A stretch of 64,000 bases of DNA, taken from IMG/VR virus record IMGVR_UViG_3300027541_000009, positions 186,001-250,000 of that record, one strand, 5' to 3'. Each line of letters starts with the position of its first letter. The stretch's first letter is position 1. A program made the position numbers and the translations under genes. Below, piece by piece: positions 56,288 through 64,000 of this stretch. The notes below the pieces were generated by a model. It was not told the origin of the DNA. It did not search any database and saw nothing but the letters and a program-made list of their open reading frames with translations.

Positions 56288-56428
56288 ATGGCTAAAGGTG
56301 GAAGTAATAAAACCGTATTTGAACCAGGAGCACCTAAAAAGACTCGTCAAGGACGTTCTGCTCGAACACTTCTCAGTGCAACCTCTCGCAATGGACGTAA
56401 GAAAAGGTATCGTGGTCAAGGGAAGTAA
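56288..56428 (+). CDS. Small basic peptide (KKTRQG...YRGQG)
   Basis: GGAGG SD; read manually. Confidence 0.6.
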   Translation: MAKGGSNKTVFEPGAPKKTRQGRSARTLLSATSRNGRKKRYRGQGK

Positions 56429-56656
56429 ATGCTTCAATTAAATCCACAAATCCCAACCATTACCTTTTGGGGTAATGGTTGGGCTTTTTTTGTAATTGAC
56501 CGTTCTCAAGAACACGATCTTGAATGGGTAGTTTTTCTAGATAGTAATGGGGAATGTTGGACTTTTAAAAACTCTGATATTCGTATTCAGAAGAACTATA
56601 CTCTTCATAGAAATAATCCAATCGGATTTTCTTCATGTACTACTCAGATCCAATAG
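56429..56656 (+). CDS. Hypothetical protein (MLQLNP.IP family)
   Basis: 75 aa. Confidence 0.65.
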   Translation: MLQLNPQIPTITFWGNGWAFFVIDRSQEHDLEWVVFLDSNGECWTFKNSDIRIQKNYTLHRNNPIGFSSCTTQIQ

Positions 56657-57273
56657 ATGAATGGAACTCAATTCACAAGGAAGATCTGTGGGTATATAAT
56701 AAACTGTTTCTAGCACGCTCTCTGGGGCACCTATGTGGTCCTGTAGGCGCATCTGTACCATCTCCAGACTACTATATCGTCCGACCAAGTATTAATTTAC
56801 TCGGTATGGGACGATTTTCTCGTATAGAGTGGATTGATAATTCTACAGATCATCTTCACCCAGCAGAATTTTGGTGTGAGATATTTCAAGGAGAACATAT
56901 TAGTGTAGATTTCAGAGATAGAAAAGCATAATTGGTTGTCTTAGGTGATAGATATGATAATAAGTCATTGTATAAATGGAAGAAATGGACTAAAATTGAC
57001 AAAGATATTGAATTTCCTTTGATTCTAAACAACTTAAAAGGTAATTATGAGTGGATTAACTGTGAATTTATTGGCAATAAACTGATTGAAGTTCATTTTA
57101 GACGCAATCCAGACTTTCGTTATGGCAATTCAGTTGCAATTCCCGTTTGGAAAGGAGAAAAAATACAAAAAATAGAAGATTTTACCTTTGTTAAAGACGA
57201 AGACTATCTAAGAGAAGGGTTTTACATCGACACCCGGGATAGCAACCCCGTAAAAAGTTCTGATTTTAACTAA
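56635..57273 (+). pseudogene. ATP-grasp-like gene interrupted by in-frame TAA at 56929-56931 (or sequencing error)
   Basis: Two track ORFs in the same frame separated by one stop; YIVRP..NL.GMG, EIFQGEHISVD and IN.EFIG..LIEVH.R read as one domain. Confidence 0.55.
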
Positions 57274-57285
57274 TCAGGAGCAAAA

Positions 57286-57447
57286 ATGGACCAAAAAATG
57301 CTGAGGGAAATCGCAAACGACGATATGAATCCCAAAAAACACGATTTTTTCCACCAAAATGAAATTCATTCAAAAATTCGCAATGATGAAGACTATGATG
57401 ATTGGGAATATGGAACAGAACCTCTTTATGAATCAAAAAATCGGTAA
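57286..57447 (+). CDS. Hypothetical protein (53 aa)
   Basis: AGGAG SD; read manually. Confidence 0.6.
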   Translation: MDQKMLREIANDDMNPKKHDFFHQNEIHSKIRNDEDYDDWEYGTEPLYESKNR

Positions 57448-57472
57448 TAAATAAGATAGAATTATAACTAAA

Positions 57473-57874
57473 ATGCCTTTAGAAAGGGTAAGTAAAGGAT
57501 TTAAAGACATTAGTATGTCATTTCAGAGCAATCCTCTGACTAATGACTTGATTGCTATTAACAATGCAAATGCGATTGCTCGTTCCATTCGAAATATTGT
57601 CTTTACTTACCCTGGTGAAAAATTTTTTAATGAAGGTTTTGGTTCCAAAATTAATCGCTCTCTCTTTGAAAACCTAGATCAACTGACAGCTGAAAACATT
57701 AAGGATGAAATAGAGTATTCTATTTCAAACTATGAACCAAGAGTTTCTTTAAATCAAGTGGTCGTAATTCCAGATTATGATAACAATTCATTTGACGTAT
57801 TAATTTCTTATAGAATTGTCGGTATTGATGTTACACCTCAACAGTTACAGTTTGTTTTGCAACCTATTAGGTAA
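57473..57874 (+). CDS. gp25: Baseplate wedge subunit gp25
   Basis: FKDIS.SF..NP..NDL, AI.RSIRNIV.T.PGEK.F...FGS, YEPRV; late promoter ATAAATA at 57447. Confidence 0.92.
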   Translation: MPLERVSKGFKDISMSFQSNPLTNDLIAINNANAIARSIRNIVFTYPGEKFFNEGFGSKINRSLFENLDQLTAENIKDEIEYSISNYEPRVSLNQVVVIPDYDNNSFDVLISYRIVGIDVTPQQLQFVLQPIR

Positions 57875-59806
57875 ATGCCATTAACAAATTTTTCAAATCT
57901 GGATTTTAACCAGATAAAAGCTTCTTTAAGAGACTATTTAAAAGCAAACTCAAATTTCACCGACTATGATTTTGAGGGATCTAATTTATCGTCTATACTT
58001 GATGTTTTAGCATATAACACATATATTACCTCATATAACGCAAACATGGTTGCGAATGAGGTTTTTATTGATAGTGCTACTCTTAGAGAGAATGTTGTTG
58101 CCCTCGCTAGGAATATTGGATATGTTCCTAGGTCAAGAAAAGCAGCAAGAGCTACGGTAAGCTTTTTTATTGATACCTCAAATATCACTCCTGTTCCAGC
58201 ATCAATAACTCTAAAAAAAGGAATTGTAGCAACATCATCAAGTTCTTTTGGAAATCAATCATTTGTTTTTTCAATATTAGATGATGTGACTGTACCAGTA
58301 ATTAATAAAGTAGCAACATTTAATGATTTAAAAATATATGAGGGTGTACTGCTAACAACATCTTTTACTTATTCTTCGAGAAATCCAAATCAAAGATTTA
58401 TATTACCCAATCCTGGCGTAGATACTTCTTTAATCTCAGTATCAGTAAAAGATGACCAGAATTCAACCTCTTTGGTCAATTATTCTTTACAAAATAGTGT
58501 CTTTGATGTAGATAAGGATTCTACTGTCTATTATATCCAAGAAATTGAAGACGAAAGATATGAATTGCTTTTTGGTGATGGTATTTTATATGGCAAAAAA
58601 CTTGAGAATGATAATTTTATAGAAGTTAATTATATTGTATCAAATGGTGATAGTGGAAATGGAGTAAATCAATTTGCTTTTTCCGGAAGATTAACATATA
58701 CCAGAAATTCTGTAGAGTATACAGTAAACTCAGGAATTTCTTTGTTGGCAACTGGGTTAATTTCTTCTGGTGGAGAAAACATAGAAACTGTAGAATCTAT
58801 TAAAAAATATTCAACAAGAATATATGCTTCCCAGAATAGAGCGTTGACTGCTAGTGATTATGAATCATTAATACCTTCAAAGATTTATCCAGAAACGGAA
58901 TCAATATCAGTTTTTGGTGGAGAAGAGTTGATTCCTCCCCAATATGGAAAAGTTTTCATAAGTATTAAACCAAGGACTGGAGATTTTATTCCCAATTTAA
59001 TAAAAGAAAATATTAAAAGAGATTTAAAGAAATACGCAGTGGCAGGAATTGTTCCTGAAATTTTAGATCTTAAGTATCTCTATATTGAGGTAGATTCTAA
59101 AATTTATTATAATACAAATTCCGCACAAGGATCTGATTATGTTTCGAGTATTGTTCAGTCAAATACCAATAAATATGCAGAATCAACCGAATTGAATAAG
59201 TATGGAGCAAGATTTAAATACAGTAAATTTCTTAAGATAATAGATGATAGTCATCCAGCAATAACATCAAACATCACTAAGATTCAAATGAGAAGGGATT
59301 TAAGAGTAGTCTTAAATTCTATAGCAGAATATCAGATTGGATTCGGCAATGCATTCCATATTAAGAGTATGAATGGATACAATGTGAAATCTACAGCATT
59401 TACTATTTCCGGAATACAAGGTTCTGTTTACTTATCGGACATCCCAGATACTAATGGAAATACTGGAAGCATGTTCCTTTTTACTGTACCAAGTGTTAAT
59501 TCCAATGATGCAACTATAGTAAGAAGAAATGTTGGTAGAATTGATTATGTCAAAGGAATAATTACACTCAATCCAATAAATGTTTTATCTACCGATAAAG
59601 TAAAAGATGGACAATCAATCATTGAAATTTCAACTATTCCAAAATCAAATGATGTTATCGGATTACAGGATTTATATTTGCAGCTAGATATTAATAACAG
59701 TATATTTGAAATGATTACTGATCAAATATCATCAGGACTTGATCCATCTGCATCAAATTACATAGTAACTTCAAGCTACAGTAACGGGAATTTAGTAAGA
59801 CAATAA
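57875..59806 (+). CDS. gp6: Baseplate wedge subunit gp6
   Basis: LDF.QIK..L, FTDYDFEGS.LS...DVLAYNTY, FGDG..GKK, QNRA.TA.DY, P.YGKVFISIKP. Confidence 0.95.
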   Translation: MPLTNFSNLDFNQIKASLRDYLKANSNFTDYDFEGSNLSSILDVLAYNTYITSYNANMVANEVFIDSATLRENVVALARNIGYVPRSRKAARATVSFFIDTSNITPVPASITLKKGIVATSSSSFGNQSFVFSILDDVTVPVINKVATFNDLKIYEGVLLTTSFTYSSRNPNQRFILPNPGVDTSLISVSVKDDQNSTSLVNYSLQNSVFDVDKDSTVYYIQEIEDERYELLFGDGILYGKKLENDNFIEVNYIVSNGDSGNGVNQFAFSGRLTYTRNSVEYTVNSGISLLATGLISSGGENIETVESIKKYSTRIYASQNRALTASDYESLIPSKIYPETESISVFGGEELIPPQYGKVFISIKPRTGDFIPNLIKENIKRDLKKYAVAGIVPEILDLKYLYIEVDSKIYYNTNSAQGSDYVSSIVQSNTNKYAESTELNKYGARFKYSKFLKIIDDSHPAITSNITKIQMRRDLRVVLNSIAEYQIGFGNAFHIKSMNGYNVKSTAFTISGIQGSVYLSDIPDTNGNTGSMFLFTVPSVNSNDATIVRRNVGRIDYVKGIITLNPINVLSTDKVKDGQSIIEISTIPKSNDVIGLQDLYLQLDINNSIFEMITDQISSGLDPSASNYIVTSSYSNGNLVRQ

Positions 59807-59807
59807 A

Positions 59808-62800
59808 ATGACAAAGAAAAGAGTAAAATTTAATACCATTTTAGAAAGACAGCTACCTTCTTATGTAAGGGAAGAATTTCCTTTAGTTGCTGAATTTTTA
59901 AAACAATATTATCTTTCTCAGGAATTTACTGGAGCTCCTTATGATTTGATACAAAATATTGATCAATATATTAAATTAGATGAAATTAAGAGCAATACAG
60001 ACTTTGCGATTCTTTCAAATGATATTTCATTTGATGATGATGTTATTACGGTCTCCTCAGAATCTGGAACTATTGGTTTTCCAGATTCCTATGGTTTGAT
60101 TAAAATTGATGATGAAATTATAACCTACGAATATAAAACTTCAAATTCTTTTGTTAATTGTATCAGAGGTTTTAGTGGAATTTCTTCTTACTCAAATGTT
60201 GGAATAAGCACAAGTAGAACTAATTCTCTATCGGATTTATCTGATCAACTCGTATTCGAATCAACAGAATCTAAAGAGCATTTATCTGGTTCAAAAATAA
60301 CTAATTTAAGTTCGTTATTTTTAAAAGAGTTTTTAAAAAAGATAAAGTATCAATTAATTCCCGGATTTGAAGGGAGGGAATTATATAGTAATTTAGACCA
60401 ATATCTATTTCTAAAACAATCAAAGGATTTTTATTCCTCAAAGGGAACAGATATTTCATATAAGATTCTATTTAAAGTTTTATATGGAGAAGATGTTGAT
60501 ATTGTAAAACCACAAAATAGTCTAATTAGACCATCAAATGCTGGATTTAATGTCATCAATGCTTTAGTTGTAGAATCTATAGAAGGAGACCCATATAATT
60601 TAAGAAACTCTACTTTATTTCAAGATGAGTATGGCGATATAACCAAATGTTATGCTTCAATATCTGATGTAGAAAAAATTTATTCTACGGAAGGAAAAGA
60701 GTATTATAGATTGGGATTTGATGGTGGGTATAATAGAGATATTGGTGTAAGTGGAGCACTATATGGAAACTTTTCCATACATCCCAAGACAAGAATAATA
60801 GGTGACGTAAATCCAGATGTATCAACAATTGATGTAGATTCTACAGTTGGATTCCCCTCTAGTGGTGATTTATTTGTAACTTATGAAGATGGTACAACAG
60901 GCGTAGTTTCATATGCATCAAAAAGTCTGACTCAGTTTTTTGGATGTGTAAATATAACTAAAAAAATATTCGATGCTTCTGATATTTCTTTAAATGTATT
61001 TGCATACGGATCCTCAAGTCAATCGGATAGTAATGAGACTATAAAAGTTAGAATTAATTCGGTACTAAATGAGGTGTCTCTTGTTGATGATGAAGCAGTT
61101 TATTATCAAATTTCGGGTGATAATGCAATAATTAGAACTTTAGGTGCTGATTCTATAGATCCAATTTCAAATAGTTGGATTTTTAACATCCAAACTACAT
61201 ACGAAGTTAAAGAAATATCCGTATTCAATTCTTCATCAAAAATTTATAGTGTAAAAACAAGCGATAAACACAATTTTGCAACTGGAGACTCGGTTAATTT
61301 AATTTCAAATAATGGTTCTAAAACTGTATTGTCCATTATTGGAGTTGTTTCAGATACTGAGGTTTATATTGGAAGTAATATTGCTGTTCCGACAAATTTC
61401 AAATATACTATAGAGAAAGTACTGACTAAAGTTAGACATACTCTATACAACGAACTATCAAATCAAAATGCAAATGTTCAAAATATTTACAAAATAAAAG
61501 AAAAAACTTTAGTTGCGTCTCCATCATTACCATTTTATAATGGACAGTCTCTCAATGCTTCTGATAGATCTTTATATATTAGTGGTACTTTTCCTGCCGG
61601 AGATACTTTTAGGATAACAAATCAAAAAGATCATGGATTCTATACGGGAGATTGTATTTACTACGAATCTTCGGGAGAAACTAGTGATATTCCAAGATCA
61701 TTATTTGATAGTGGAGTTTATTATATAAAAAGAGTAGATGCAAATAATGTACAATTTGCCAAAAGTAGTTCAGATATTCAGAATTCCAAATTCTTAAAAA
61801 CAGAAGAAAACATAAATGTAGCATCTGATAAAATTATTCTCCAACAATTCAAATCAAAATCATTAATATCACAAAAATTACTTAGAGAAATTTCTTTACC
61901 ATATAATGATGGGAAGAATTATGAAACTTTTCCCGGACCTACCGGAATTCTTATTAACGGAACAGAAATATTAAATTATAAATCTAAAGATATAATTTAT
62001 TATGGACCCGTAGAAAGTATTGATGTTTCTTCAGGAGGTTCTGAATATGATGTTATTAGTCCTCCTGTTTTAGATATAACTGATTCTATTGGAATTGGTG
62101 CTACTGGATATTGCGCCGTTTCTGGTGGTTTATTTGAAATTAGATTATTAGATCCCGGTTTTGATTATGTTTCAAAACCAACAATAAGAATTACTGGGGG
62201 AAATGGAGTTGGAGCTGTAGCAGATGTATCAACTAAATTTATAGATCATGAAGTATTTTTCAATTCTGAGCAAAAGTTTAATGAAGTTAATATAATTAAC
62301 AACTCCATTGGTTTTTCTACTTATCATAAATTTAGAAATGCAGAAAAAATAACATATTATACAAATAATCAAAAAGGAGTTGGTGGAATTTCGACAAATG
62401 CGGAGTATTATGCCCGCGTTGTTGACTTAAAGACTTTAACAATCCATAATAGTGCCGAAGATGCTCTTGTTGGGATTAATACCGTTTCTTTAACCACATA
62501 TGGTATAGGTAATCATTCATTCAAATGCATCAATAAAAAACAAGTTATTTCTACCATTAATGTTCTAAACCCAGGATTTGGATATCAAAATAAAATAAGA
62601 ACTACCTCACCTTCGGGGATTAATACATCAACTAATAGTATTAATATAAATGAACACGATTTTAATTCTGGAGAAATAGTCAGATATACTAGCAGTGGAA
62701 CAGCAATAGGTGGATTAACTAAAAACTCTGATTATTATTTGACTAAGATCGACGACAATAATTTTAAGCTATCAATTGTTGGGGTAAGTTCATCCAATCA

Positions 62801-64000
62801 AGATTTTTATTATACAACAAATCAATATGTAGATTTAACCTCTAGAGGAACTGGAGTACACTACTTTAACTATCAACCAATTTCTGTTGAAGTTGTGGGA
62901 GAAATTGGGGTTTCAACATCTGCCGGTGTGGATTTTGCGGCAAAAATTCAACCAGTTTTTAGGGGAGAAATAACATCTTTCCATTTACAAAATGGAGGAA
63001 GATCATATGGAACACCTGAAGTATTGAATTACCTCAGAGAACCACTTTTGATTTTAAGACAAGGAAAAAGTTCAGAAATAGTACCAATTATCAATAATGG
63101 AAGAATAGTAGAAGTTTTAGTTAATAATTCTGGTTATGATTATAATAATGCACCAACTATCAACATATCTGGAGATGGATTAGGCGCTGTTTTGGTGCCA
63201 ATTGTTGAAAATGGTCAAATTAAACAAGTAAAAATAATAAATGGAGGAATTGGATATTCTCAAAAAAATACTTTTATTACAGTCCAAGATTCTGGTTCTG
63301 GGGCAACATTTAAATCAAAATTAAAATCATGGAATATAAATTTAGTGAGTAGGAATTTTAGCAATACAACTCCAGATGATGGATTCGTATTTTATAATTC
63401 ATACACTAAAGGTGGTCTTCAGTACTCTCATTTATATGCACCAAGAAAACTTAGAGAATCAATATATTCTGTAGATCCTACAGGAAGACCATCTTATGGA
63501 AATTTTGATTTAAGTAGAGTAGGAGGAAGTGAAGTATCTTCGACTAAACATTCTCCGATAATTGGTTGGGCATATGATGGGAATCCAATCTATGGTCCAT
63601 ATGGATACGCTAAAAAGGACGCTTCCGGTGGCGGTTCAATAACACAGATGAAATCTGGGTATAAACTTGCACCAGTATCAAGTGATAGACCATCTGAAAA
63701 AATATACCCATTAGGGTTTTTTGTAGAAGATTACAAATATTATACTCGACTAAATCAAGATGATAGTGTTTTGGATGAGCATAATGGTAGATTTTGTGTT
63801 ACTCCAGAATTTCCCAATGGAGTATACGCTTATTTTTGCACAATAGCAGCGACAACTACCAGAACATCTTCAAGTCCATTTCGAAATTACAGGATACCCG
63901 TATTTCCATATCTTATTGGAAATACTTTCAAGTCACGTCCAAATGAATTCAATTTTAAAGCCTCTTCAAATCAAGATGATATTGACTTAAACAAAACTGA
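59808..64000 (+). CDS. gp7: Baseplate wedge initiator gp7-like protein (3' truncated)
   Basis: ATG at 59808 right after gp6 (MTKKRVKF..QLPSYVREEFPL..EFLKQYY; KDFYSSKGT..S..ILFK.LYG; later HSPIIGWAYDGNPIYGPYG); runs off the window so absent from the ORF track. Confidence 0.8.
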   Translation, partial: MTKKRVKFNTILERQLPSYVREEFPLVAEFLKQYYLSQEFTGAPYDLIQNIDQYIKLDEIKSNTDFAILSNDISFDDDVITVSSESGTIGFPDSYGLIKIDDEIITYEYKTSNSFVNCIRGFSGISSYSNVGISTSRTNSLSDLSDQLVFESTESKEHLSGSKITNLSSLFLKEFLKKIKYQLIPGFEGRELYSNLDQYLFLKQSKDFYSSKGTDISYKILFKVLYGEDVDIVKPQNSLIRPSNAGFNVINALVVESIEGDPYNLRNSTLFQDEYGDITKCYASISDVEKIYSTEGKEYYRLGFDGGYNRDIGVSGALYGNFSIHPKTRIIGDVNPDVSTIDVDSTVGFPSSGDLFVTYEDGTTGVVSYASKSLTQFFGCVNITKKIFDASDISLNVFAYGSSSQSDSNETIKVRINSVLNEVSLVDDEAVYYQISGDNAIIRTLGADSIDPISNSWIFNIQTTYEVKEISVFNSSSKIYSVKTSDKHNFATGDSVNLISNNGSKTVLSIIGVVSDTEVYIGSNIAVPTNFKYTIEKVLTKVRHTLYNELSNQNANVQNIYKIKEKTLVASPSLPFYNGQSLNASDRSLYISGTFPAGDTFRITNQKDHGFYTGDCIYYESSGETSDIPRSLFDSGVYYIKRVDANNVQFAKSSSDIQNSKFLKTEENINVASDKIILQQFKSKSLISQKLLREISLPYNDGKNYETFPGPTGILINGTEILNYKSKDIIYYGPVESIDVSSGGSEYDVISPPVLDITDSIGIGATGYCAVSGGLFEIRLLDPGFDYVSKPTIRITGGNGVGAVADVSTKFIDHEVFFNSEQKFNEVNIINNSIGFSTYHKFRNAEKITYYTNNQKGVGGISTNAEYYARVVDLKTLTIHNSAEDALVGINTVSLTTYGIGNHSFKCINKKQVISTINVLNPGFGYQNKIRTTSPSGINTSTNSININEHDFNSGEIVRYTSSGTAIGGLTKNSDYYLTKIDDNNFKLSIVGVSSSNQDFYYTTNQYVDLTSRGTGVHYFNYQPISVEVVGEIGVSTSAGVDFAAKIQPVFRGEITSFHLQNGGRSYGTPEVLNYLREPLLILRQGKSSEIVPIINNGRIVEVLVNNSGYDYNNAPTINISGDGLGAVLVPIVENGQIKQVKIINGGIGYSQKNTFITVQDSGSGATFKSKLKSWNINLVSRNFSNTTPDDGFVFYNSYTKGGLQYSHLYAPRKLRESIYSVDPTGRPSYGNFDLSRVGGSEVSSTKHSPIIGWAYDGNPIYGPYGYAKKDASGGGSITQMKSGYKLAPVSSDRPSEKIYPLGFFVEDYKYYTRLNQDDSVLDEHNGRFCVTPEFPNGVYAYFCTIAATTTRTSSSPFRNYRIPVFPYLIGNTFKSRPNEFNFKASSNQDDIDLNKT

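Noticed and set aside
56929-56931. Alternative genetic code
   Set aside because: Long genes terminate normally at TAA, TGA and TAG positions, and both tRNAs have sense anticodons.

Overview
64-kb segment of an AT-rich T4-like cyanomyovirus (Kyanoviridae-like; probably a Synechococcus/Cyanobium-type host, by inference). Layout: (1) 1-16.8 kb: tail-fibre/virion structural genes with T4-type late promoters (TATAAATA/ATAAATA), a 2OG-Fe(II) oxygenase, tRNA-Leu(TAA), tRNA-Thr(TGT) and a Mom-like DNA-modification GNAT. (2) 16.8-55 kb: a large accessory early/middle island of about 100 small, mostly translationally coupled ORFs. It also carries RlpA, Dam, an SF2 helicase, an MvaI/BcnI-type endonuclease plus N4/N6-MTase pair, a MutH/Sau3AI-like nuclease, three free-standing homing endonucleases and probable internal head proteins. 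(3) 55-64 kb: a glycosyltransferase-like gene and the baseplate wedge genes gp25, gp6 and gp7 (truncated by the window). The most striking non-coding structures are: a near-invariant 29-bp element (ACTTGGATCCTCTAAAGTGTACCTATAGT) present 14 times at gene junctions from 35.6 to 53.8 kb, which contains a GATC site and often supplies the upstream stop and the downstream ATG; a second promoter class (dyad + hairpin + -10, 7 copies); a duplicated ~110-bp element; a cluster of four cyanobacterial-type DnaA boxes next to G-tract-rich DNA (candidate origin); and promoter-driven ORF-less transcripts. All functional calls come from motif recognition by eye; no database searches were run.
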